Source: Deltaproteobacteria bacterium (lineage in GTDB: Bacteria; Myxococcota_A; Polyangia; Fen-1088). From it: 64,000 bases of DNA. Shown here one piece after another: positions 32,801 through 40,285 of the stretch; the stretch's first letter is position 1, and every line of letters begins with the position of its first letter. The stretch spans positions 160,001 to 224,000 of the forward strand of contig JANRKS010000035.1 of the NCBI GenBank assembly GCA_033763315.1. The letters are read 5' to 3'. The position numbers and the translations under genes were made by a program. The notes below the pieces were generated by a model. It saw nothing but the letters and a program-made list of their open reading frames with translations, ran no database searches and had not been told where the DNA came from.

Positions 32801-33250
32801 CGGGCGTGGGCGCTACCGCATCCCGAGCGCGAAGCGCCGAATATCGCGCCGATGGTGAGTGACCCGGAGATTGAGAAGATCGCCGTGCAGCTGGCCATGA
32901 AGCACGAGCGCGACAACGGCTGGGTCGTGGAGAGCGTGGAGAACGAGAACCGCGGCTACGATCTACTTTCGAAGCGCCCGCATCCGACGGAGCCTGGTGT
33001 GTTTGTACAGGCTCGCTTCATTGAGGTGAAGGGGCGCGCCGGGGTCGGGGAGGTGGCGCTTACGGCGAACGAGTACCGCACGGCTCAGCGCCTCGGCGAG
33101 GACTTCTGGCTTTACGTGGTGTTTGACTGCGCGACCGCGCCGAAGCTCAATGCGATTCAGAACCCCGCGAAACTCGGGTGGGAGCCCGTCGTGAAAGTCG
33201 AGCACTACCACGTGACGGCCAAGGCCATTCTGGAGGCCGCACGTGAGTGA
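29813..33250 (+). CDS. SNF2-family helicase with C-terminal DUF3883/NOV nuclease-like domain
   Basis: LLADDPGAGKT, DEAH, MTATPH, ATEAAGEGINLQ, NPVRLEQRMGRIHRYGQ; C-terminal GYDLLS..FIEVKG..LTANE. Confidence 0.92.
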   Translation: MSPADLKPGVVVRGPMLPEPIEVLVVSVLADMVKVTGAGQKTGQVHQRVLHPDQLRLLQATPEKEPFDGDPLHFKLGVEAARLGLAYEYDPYFSLSIARVDPLPHQLEAVYDYFLKLPRIRFLLADDPGAGKTIMAGLLLKELKVRGLVKRTLIVAPANLTFQWQRELKDKFREQFDVMRGEVLRTQYGQNPWQESNQVVTSVSWISRVEDAKESLLRSQWDLVIVDEAHKMSAYSADKKTLAFQIGEALSQRTDHFLLMTATPHKGDPENFRLFLSLLDRDVYGDVKSLEEAMRRHEAPFYLRRLKEALVAFPDPETGEVKKLFTNRDVRTTKFELDGEEFDFYDALTRYVEDQSIKAAAAENVQANILGFQMAMLQRRFASSVYAVRRSLERMRDKRRKILDDPEGHRQHLIERKLPDDFDDLPEDEQSKIMQSAEEAVLIVDPIALREEIQRLDKLVDLARALEKREVESKLNKLKQVLNEQQVFSDPRMKLLVFTEHKDTLDYLAGDGKDGRPLGKLREWGLSCTQIHGGMPIGDRDTPNTRIYAEREFREDAQILVATEAAGEGINLQFCWLMINYDIPWNPVRLEQRMGRIHRYGQQKDCLIFNFAAINTREGRVLEKLLMRLAEIKEELGTDKVFDVVGEMLPSNALEKMFREMYAKRLDVTDISDRIVKDIDPERFKRITGSTLEGLAKKELNLSALVGKSVEAKERRLVPEVVEDFFIHAGPVAGVHPTPVRGKDHVFKVGKVPKTLSAIGERLEPRFGKLGREYQRVVFDKRLLGDDATLEWVTPGHPLFEVVRSDVADRVQDDLRRGAVLWDLHAKAPYRLDVFAASIKDGRGNTLHKKLFVVRADADGKLSVRQPTLFLDLIVSERGTSVPTLPGLPERDIVEGYLVHNALTPFLSDVANQRTQENSVVRKHIEISLNTLIDKQQIKLGEQLERRVEGQVIPAVEGNIKQAEDHLDELNARLESRRQELEMESHCSIGDVQHLGRAWALPHPEREAPNIAPMVSDPEIEKIAVQLAMKHERDNGWVVESVENENRGYDLLSKRPHPTEPGVFVQARFIEVKGRAGVGEVALTANEYRTAQRLGEDFWLYVVFDCATAPKLNAIQNPAKLGWEPVVKVEHYHVTAKAILEAARE

Positions 33251-36200
33251 AGCACGGAAGTATCCGAAGCGGCTGATCGAGATCGACCTGCCGATCCGAC
33301 GGATCTCGGAGCATTCGCGCAGAGAGAAGTCGATCCGTCACGGACACATCTCGACGCTGCATATCTGGTGGGCAAGAAGGCCGCTCGGCGCCTGTCGCGC
33401 AGTTCTTTGCGCCGCGCTGTGGCCCGACCCGGCCGACCAGTTCTGCCCCGATGCGTTCCGCGTCTCCGCTTACGAGGCTCTTGCCAAGCTGAGTGCTGGC
33501 ATCGAGCGTGACCGTCCCGCCTTCGAGATCGTTGGACGCCACGCCAGCATTTGGCGCGGGTTTCAGCAGGGGAGTGTGCGTCTCGATGCCGGAGACGGAC
33601 TCATGCGTCTGCGCGATGCGCTGCTCCTCTTCATTGGCGAGTTTTCGAGTTGGAACGCTGCAACGGTGCCCCTTCTTCTCGAAACTGCACGGAGGATCAC
33701 CCGCGCCGCGCATACTTCCTTGCATGGTGCCCATGCCGACCTTCCGTCCGTGCTCGATCCTTTCGCCGGTGGAGGTTCGATTCCGCTTGAAGCGCTGCGT
33801 GTCGGGGCGGATGCAATAGCGAGCGACATCAATCCGATCCCCGTCCTTCTTAATCGCGTGGTTCTTGAGTTTGGATCGGATCGCCTGACTACGCTGCGTG
33901 ACACCTTCGCTAGCGCTGCGCGCCAAGTTGAAGAGCGTACGCGTAAGTTCCTCGCTCCTGCATTCGAAACTCGTGCAGGAGCCGCGCCCGTCGCGTACCT
34001 CTGGGCTCGCACGATTTTGTGCGAGGGCCCGGCTTGTGGGCTTGAGATTCCGATGCTTCGAACCCTCCGCCTTTCGAAGCACGGCAAGGCTTCATCGTGG
34101 CTTCGACTCACCCATGACGAGAAGGAGAGAGCACTCGTCATCACCGTCGAGCAACGGGAGTCTTCGACTGGCGCGGGCACAGTGAAGTCGGGCTCCGTCC
34201 TATGTCCCGCCTGCGGCTACACGACCAAGGGTGAGGCTGCGCGTGCTCAGCTTGCGGCGCGCAACGGCGGTTCGGCTGACGCTCGTATGGTCGCAGTGTT
34301 GGAACGCGACACTTCTGGCGTCAAACGGTTTCGAGCCCCCGAACAGGTCGATGCTCGTGCACACCAGGCTGCCGTCAAGCTCCTCGATCAACTCCGCGCA
34401 GATGCCGGGGGCCTTTCTACGGTGCCTGACGAACTGATTCCGACTGAGCGGCCTTCTCCCAATGCCAGGGGATTGTCCGCCGTAACGCGCGTGGGAATGC
34501 GAAGATTTGGAGATCTGTACACGCCCCGACAGGCGCTGGTCCTAGCGGCACTCGCCAAGGCCGTCCGCGAAGTCACCGAGGTGTATCGGGCCAGCGCGAC
34601 TGCCGATGCAGATATCCTCAACGTGCTGCTTGCCGCTGCGGTTAGTAAGCGGGCCGATTTTGGCAGTTCACTTTGTTCCTGGCGCCTCGGGGCCTCCTGC
34701 GTCCGAGGAACGTTCGCGCGCCAAGCCCTCGCCAACACCTGGGACTTTGGCGAGATGTACCCATTCGCTGGGAGCGCCGGCGACTGGGCTGAGGCGTGCG
34801 CTTTCATCGACAAGTTTCTCGGGCACTTGGTGGATTCGAAGCTCGCAACTGGCAGCGTGATTTCAGCGTCGGCGACCCACCATCCGCTGCCCGACGATAC
34901 TGTCGACGCATTGATCACGGACCCGCCGTACTACGACTCCGTGCCCTACGCAGACCTCTCCGACTACTTTTACGTGTGGCTCCGGCGCGCGTTGACCGGT
35001 CGCAACTCTCTTCCGGGCGCCGGGTCACCGAAGGACGGCGAGATCATCTGGAATCCCACGAGAAGCGTGGGGCAGCGCCCCAAGGACAAGCAGTTCTATG
35101 AAGAGCAAATGACGCTCGCGTTCCAGGAGGCGAGAAGAGTCACCAAGCCCGATGGTATCGCTGTCGTTGTATTCGCTCACAAGAGCACGGCGGGCTGGGA
35201 GGCTGTTCTTGAAGCTCTTCTGAAGGCCGGGTGGATTGCGACTGGTTCTTGGCCGCTCGACACAGAGCGCGCAGGGAGAACGAATGCTGTGGGGACTGCG
35301 TCCCTTGGTTCTTCCGTCCACATCGTATGCCGTCCGAGAGAGAGTGCGTCGGGAGCGGTTGTGGAAGGCGAAGTGGGCTCCTGGCGAGATGTGCTTCAGG
35401 AGCTCCCCCAGCGAATTCACGAGTGGATGCCTCGCCTCTCGCAAGAAGGCATCGTGGGCGCAGACGCTATCTTTGCCTGCCTCGGCCCCGCCTTAGAGGT
35501 CTTTTCTCGGTTTTCGCGCGTCGAGAAGTCGAACGGCGACGTTGTGGGTCTCCGCGACTACCTTGAGCATGTTTGGGCCGCTGTTTCTCGCGAGGCGCTC
35601 TCGATGATCTTTAGCGCCGCTGATGCTTCTGGGCTTGAAGCCGATGCTCGAATCACTGCGATTTGGCTGTGGACTCTTGCTGATCCTACAGACAGCGGGG
35701 CAAAGAGCGAGGCGGGCGATTCAGACGAGGATGACGAGGTGGACGACGATGGCGATGGCGCCGAAGCGGCCGGCTTTGTTCTCGATTTCGATGCAGCTCG
35801 AAAAATCGCGCAAGGTCTTGGTGCCCGGCTCGAAGAACTGGAGGCAGTAGTCGAGGTTCAAAAGGACAAGGCACGCCTTCTCCCCGTGGCCGAGCGTTCG
35901 AAGTTCCTGTTCGGAAAGAGCGTGGGCGGACCTTCGGCCAAACGTCCGGGGAAGAAGAAGCAAATGACCTTGTTCGCGGAGATCGACGAAGCCGCTGAGG
36001 CCCAGGGATGGGGAGAGGTGGGGGCTCCCCGAGCGGGGACGACCACCTTGGACCGCGTCCACCAAGCGATGCTGCTCTTCGGCGCAGGCCGCGGTGAGGC
36101 GCTGAAGCGCTTCATCGTCGAAGAGGGCGTCGGCAAGCAGCCGCAGTTTTGGAAGCTCGCCCAGTCGCTCTCCGCGCTCTACCCGATTGGCACCGACGAG

Positions 36201-36254
36201 AAGCGCTGGGTTGACGGTTTCCTCGCGCGCAAGAAGGGCTTGGGTTTCGGATGA
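33243..36254 (+). CDS. DUF1156 adenine-specific DNA methyltransferase, copy 1
   Basis: LHIWWARRP, motif I DPFAGGGSIP, Zn ribbon CEGPAC/CPAC, catalytic TDPPYY, VFAHKS. Confidence 0.92.
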   Translation: MSEARKYPKRLIEIDLPIRRISEHSRREKSIRHGHISTLHIWWARRPLGACRAVLCAALWPDPADQFCPDAFRVSAYEALAKLSAGIERDRPAFEIVGRHASIWRGFQQGSVRLDAGDGLMRLRDALLLFIGEFSSWNAATVPLLLETARRITRAAHTSLHGAHADLPSVLDPFAGGGSIPLEALRVGADAIASDINPIPVLLNRVVLEFGSDRLTTLRDTFASAARQVEERTRKFLAPAFETRAGAAPVAYLWARTILCEGPACGLEIPMLRTLRLSKHGKASSWLRLTHDEKERALVITVEQRESSTGAGTVKSGSVLCPACGYTTKGEAARAQLAARNGGSADARMVAVLERDTSGVKRFRAPEQVDARAHQAAVKLLDQLRADAGGLSTVPDELIPTERPSPNARGLSAVTRVGMRRFGDLYTPRQALVLAALAKAVREVTEVYRASATADADILNVLLAAAVSKRADFGSSLCSWRLGASCVRGTFARQALANTWDFGEMYPFAGSAGDWAEACAFIDKFLGHLVDSKLATGSVISASATHHPLPDDTVDALITDPPYYDSVPYADLSDYFYVWLRRALTGRNSLPGAGSPKDGEIIWNPTRSVGQRPKDKQFYEEQMTLAFQEARRVTKPDGIAVVVFAHKSTAGWEAVLEALLKAGWIATGSWPLDTERAGRTNAVGTASLGSSVHIVCRPRESASGAVVEGEVGSWRDVLQELPQRIHEWMPRLSQEGIVGADAIFACLGPALEVFSRFSRVEKSNGDVVGLRDYLEHVWAAVSREALSMIFSAADASGLEADARITAIWLWTLADPTDSGAKSEAGDSDEDDEVDDDGDGAEAAGFVLDFDAARKIAQGLGARLEELEAVVEVQKDKARLLPVAERSKFLFGKSVGGPSAKRPGKKKQMTLFAEIDEAAEAQGWGEVGAPRAGTTTLDRVHQAMLLFGAGRGEALKRFIVEEGVGKQPQFWKLAQSLSALYPIGTDEKRWVDGFLARKKGLGFG

Positions 36255-38059
36255 CCTCAGTCCGGATTGCAAAGATTCGTGTCGAGAACTTCCGCGCTCT
36301 GAAAGACGTGTGCGTTGAACTGGATGAGAAGGTGACTGTGTTCGTCGGCGAGAACAACACCGGAAAGACTTCTCTCATTGAGGCACTCACAATCGCATTT
36401 GATCACCGCGTCGCAGCCAAAGACGATCTCCACGTCGGCGCAGAAGGCGCAACCGCTTCACGCTGCGTGATCGACGTTCGAATCGAGCCGACAGAAGCCG
36501 AGTTCAGCGATGCGGCTACCGATCTTTTCGCCCAGGCGATCCAGGTCAAGGAAACGCCTCCCTTCGTTACTTTGCGCTACGTCGGAGAACCGAGCGGCGC
36601 CGACACGCGCCTCAGCGGAAGGCGACGATTTGTTCAGGGTTGGGCCGATACCGCGGCTGAAGCGACGAATCTGAAAGAGCTGCAATCCCCTGTCTATCGA
36701 TCGGACATGCGTGAAGCTCTGCTTGTTTCAGTGCTCGACGCGCGGAGGGACGTTGTTGAGCAACTTCGGCAGCGAGGCTCGTTCTTGAATGCACTGGTCG
36801 CAGAACTGAGCTTGAAACCTGAGCTGCGCACGGAAGTGGAGGAGGCGCTGTCTCGGTTGGGCCAAGGCGTCCTTGATGGAAGTCCTGTTCTCGGCGACCT
36901 GCGGAAAGAGCTTGAGAGCGTGTCGCAGTCCCTATCGCGAACCTCGTCAGGTGTCTCGATCGCCCCGCTGCCAACTTCTGCCGATGATCTTGGTCGAGCG
37001 CTCGATATCCTCGTCCAGGCACCCGGCGGCAGTCCGCTTTCTGTTCATCGTCAGGGGATGGGCACCAGAAGCCTCACTGCCCTCGTCGTTTTCCGCGCCT
37101 TTGTGGCGGCTCGCCTTCGACGTTCCCCTACCCCGCTCATGGCGCTTTCTGTGTTCGAGGAGCCGGAAGCGCATCTGCACCCTCAGGCCCAGCGCGGCGT
37201 TCTTGAAATCCTAGGAGGCGTACAGGGGCAGAAGATCCTCTCGACGCATTCCCCGTACGTGGCATCGGTGGCGGAGCCTTGGACCTACCGCACTTTCACC
37301 CGTGACTGCGCCAACGTTCGAGTTCGGGCCTTTGCTCGCACTAGGGGCGGAAAAGATGCCTTCGACGCCGGAGCCCTCGCAGACATCAGGCGTTTCTGTT
37401 TGGAACGTAATGGCGAGATCTTCTTCGCACGCACCGTGATCCTGGTGGAGGGCGATACAGAGGGGGCGGTGCTTCCAGTATTCGCCGACGCTCATTGGAA
37501 GGGCCGGTGTGATTCTCTCGGGGTCTCGATCGTGCGGGTGGATGGCGCGGGCAAGGCCGGGTACCTCGCCCGCGTCCTGGAAGACCTTGGTATCGCGTGG
37601 TTTTGTCTCCTTGACGGGGACACTGGCTGGGATTCCGGCGTGCGCGGTTTGAGTAATGCTCTTGGGCGCCCAATGGACGAGAAATCCAGGGAGATTGTCC
37701 GGCTCAAGGTGGGGACCGACGGAGTGGATCTAGAGGAGTATCTCCTTCGTTCTGGCTATGAGGCAGCGTTCGCACCCGCTCTCAAAGCATTGGACGGCCC
37801 ATCCGCCATCGATGACTACCGATCAAGGCTCAACGGGCAGAAGCTGAAGCGCGGTGGCATCCGAGACTACGAGACAGCGGGCTGGGAGAAGCGACTCCTT
37901 CTCGACTACGCGCGCGCCGAAAAGGGACGCCTCGGGCGCTTGCTGGCGAACGAAGTGCTTCGGCTCAATGGCGAAGGCGGTCTTGGATTGTTGCCGCCTG
38001 CGGTGCAAGACCTTTTTGCGCGGGTTGACGCGGCATTGTTGCCAAGGCAGGGACCGTGA
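36251..38059 (+). CDS. gajA: OLD-family ABC-ATPase/TOPRIM nuclease (Gabija GajA-like)
   Basis: VENFRAL, GENNTGKT, QGMGTRS, EEPEAHLHP, STHSPY; TOPRIM VEGDTE and LDGD; next to a UvrD gene. Confidence 0.8.
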   Translation: MTSVRIAKIRVENFRALKDVCVELDEKVTVFVGENNTGKTSLIEALTIAFDHRVAAKDDLHVGAEGATASRCVIDVRIEPTEAEFSDAATDLFAQAIQVKETPPFVTLRYVGEPSGADTRLSGRRRFVQGWADTAAEATNLKELQSPVYRSDMREALLVSVLDARRDVVEQLRQRGSFLNALVAELSLKPELRTEVEEALSRLGQGVLDGSPVLGDLRKELESVSQSLSRTSSGVSIAPLPTSADDLGRALDILVQAPGGSPLSVHRQGMGTRSLTALVVFRAFVAARLRRSPTPLMALSVFEEPEAHLHPQAQRGVLEILGGVQGQKILSTHSPYVASVAEPWTYRTFTRDCANVRVRAFARTRGGKDAFDAGALADIRRFCLERNGEIFFARTVILVEGDTEGAVLPVFADAHWKGRCDSLGVSIVRVDGAGKAGYLARVLEDLGIAWFCLLDGDTGWDSGVRGLSNALGRPMDEKSREIVRLKVGTDGVDLEEYLLRSGYEAAFAPALKALDGPSAIDDYRSRLNGQKLKRGGIRDYETAGWEKRLLLDYARAEKGRLGRLLANEVLRLNGEGGLGLLPPAVQDLFARVDAALLPRQGP

Positions 38060-39906
38060 AACCCTTCCAGCCCACCGACGAACAGCGTCACATCATCGAG
38101 TTCGCGGAGGGCTGCGCCTTGGTGGTTGCCGCCCCTGGCTCCGGCAAGACGGAGGTGCTTACCCGGAGGGCTGAGCGTCTGTTGCAGCGGTCAGAAGGGC
38201 AGAATGCGCGAGTCCTTGCGCTCACGTTCTCTACCCGGGCGGGTGACACGATTCGCGATCGACTCGAAGCAACGCTGGGCGCTGATTCCCGCAGAGTTGT
38301 GGCGCAGACGTTCCACGCGTTCGCGACGGATGTACTAACCCACTATGGGGACAAGCCGAATCGGACCATCTACGATCGCGAAGAAGATCGTCTGCAGGCT
38401 CTTTCCGAGGCCCTTGCTGATGAGGAGCCATTTCTTGGTGGTGTCGGAGGGAAGGAGCTGAAGAACCTTCTTGCTCGCATCGGTCGCTGGAAGCGCGACC
38501 TTGTTACACCCGAAGCCGCCCAACTCGAAGAGCCAGCGGAGGCGGCCGCCTACGCTGCATACAATCGTCGCCTTGAGCAGCTCAATGCTGCGGACTTCGA
38601 TGATCTCCTCTTTGAGGTAAACCAACTTTTCCAGGGCTCGCCGAGTGTGGCCAGGCATTACCGTCGCCTGTTTCGACATGTGATGATCGACGAAGCCCAG
38701 GATACGAGTCGGGTCCAGTACGAGATCATCCGTGCGTTGTGCGGCGCTGATCATAGGAACGTGGTTCTTTTCGCTGACGACCATCAGGCGCTCTATGGTT
38801 TTGCCGGAGCCGATCGTCGATTCCTTCGCGACTTCGCCACCGACTTCGCCCCAGTCGAGCGCTTCGGCCTGACGAAGAACTTCCGGTGCGCAACAGCGAT
38901 CGTTCGAACTGCAAACGGGATAAGCGACAAGTTGGTCAAGGATGTCCCGCGGCGAATGCTCGATGATGGTCGGGCGCCGGGGCGCGTGTTCCTGCGAGAA
39001 TTCGGTTCGGTAGAAGAAGAGGCGCAGTTCGTGGTCGGCCAGACCCAGCAACTGCTGCGCGACGGTCTTCCGCCGGAGATCCTCCATGCCGAAGAGGCTC
39101 GCAGTTTGGTTCCGGAGAACATTTGCGTCCTGGCGCGGGCCCGGTACGCGCTCGACGCGATAGTCGCCGGATTTGCATCATCTGGAGTCGAGGTCGCGTT
39201 CTCGAGCGGCCCTCGACCGGTGTTCGACAGCCAGGCCGGTCAAAATTTTCTCGACCTTTGTAGGATTCTGCGGAACCCCAAGGATGCGATCGCGTGGCGG
39301 CGCCTCCTGTCCGAACGCGCTGACGGAAGCCTAGTGCATCCTCCGAGCAGCCCACCCGAAGTGCTGAAGGTGCTGGCCTCCGGATCGGATGGTATCGCCC
39401 GTCTCGCGATGAAGGCCCAACGAGCGGCCAACCCGATGTCTGATGTACAGGTTCTGATCGATGCCGTCGGGGAAGCGATGCGGGACTGGCCTACTGGGGA
39501 CGAAAACGAACGAGCGAGCATCGACAATGATTGGGATCTGGTCAGGGATCGCTGGCGACGCGTGCGGGCCGATGCCGGACACGACGTTCCTACCCTTGAG
39601 GCGCTTCTGAATGACTTGTCCCTGGTAGGTCGGACCGCCCTCGACCGTGGAGGGGTTCGTGTCCTCACTGTGCACGCAGCAAAGGGCTTGGAGTTTCGTG
39701 CTGTGTTCCTGGTGGGAATGAATGAGGGCACGTTCCCCGACTATCGGGCCAAGTCGCAAAACCAGATCGAAGAGGAGCGGCGGAGCGCCTACGTTGCGGT
39801 AACCCGAGCCCAGCGCTGGCTGTGTGTGACCCGGGCGAAAGTGAGAGGCGCCTATTTGCAGACGCCCTCTGGATTCCTTCGCGAAATGAACTTGGACCTC
39901 AAATGA
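38056..39906 (+). CDS. gajB: UvrD/SF1 helicase (Gabija GajB-like)
   Basis: AAPGSGKT, TFHAFA, IDEAQD, DDHQALYGFAGA, NFRC, TVHAAKGLEF, YVAVTRA; GTGA overlap with gajA. Confidence 0.8.
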   Translation: MKPFQPTDEQRHIIEFAEGCALVVAAPGSGKTEVLTRRAERLLQRSEGQNARVLALTFSTRAGDTIRDRLEATLGADSRRVVAQTFHAFATDVLTHYGDKPNRTIYDREEDRLQALSEALADEEPFLGGVGGKELKNLLARIGRWKRDLVTPEAAQLEEPAEAAAYAAYNRRLEQLNAADFDDLLFEVNQLFQGSPSVARHYRRLFRHVMIDEAQDTSRVQYEIIRALCGADHRNVVLFADDHQALYGFAGADRRFLRDFATDFAPVERFGLTKNFRCATAIVRTANGISDKLVKDVPRRMLDDGRAPGRVFLREFGSVEEEAQFVVGQTQQLLRDGLPPEILHAEEARSLVPENICVLARARYALDAIVAGFASSGVEVAFSSGPRPVFDSQAGQNFLDLCRILRNPKDAIAWRRLLSERADGSLVHPPSSPPEVLKVLASGSDGIARLAMKAQRAANPMSDVQVLIDAVGEAMRDWPTGDENERASIDNDWDLVRDRWRRVRADAGHDVPTLEALLNDLSLVGRTALDRGGVRVLTVHAAKGLEFRAVFLVGMNEGTFPDYRAKSQNQIEEERRSAYVAVTRAQRWLCVTRAKVRGAYLQTPSGFLREMNLDLK

Positions 39907-40095
39907 CTTCCGGAGTTTTTCTCGTTCCGGCGCGCAAGACGGTGGCCCCTGCCGGGCGATCTGCGATCGGGCTGCCCGAAAGAGCTGGACGTTTCCACTT
40001 CAGCCGCTTCACGGCTCTGGGAGCTGATCTGCGCCGACGGGGCTGCGTGATCCAGGCGGTATCAGTTGATGCTGTCGTGATGGTCCACGCCCCGC

Positions 40096-40193
40096 ATCCG
40101 GCAGCGAATCCGGCAAGTGCCGCTGGATACTTCGGAGCGACCCGCGGAGCCCGAGAACCCGGCAACGAATCCGGCAACGGTTGCCGGATTCTC
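40096..40193. repeat. array of 12-bp-period ATCCGGCA repeats plus a 25-bp palindrome
   Basis: ATCCGGCA at 40096, 40108, 40169 and ACCCGGCA at 40157; GAATCCGGCAAC-G-GTTGCCGGATTC at 40167-40191. Confidence 0.8.
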
Positions 40194-40285
40194 AGAGGCA
40201 GATACCACCGCGATTCCGCATTCCTCGGATTCAACTGCACCATCCTGGCGAGAACGTCCCTCGACCCTCTGGAGTCCGGCGTGTG

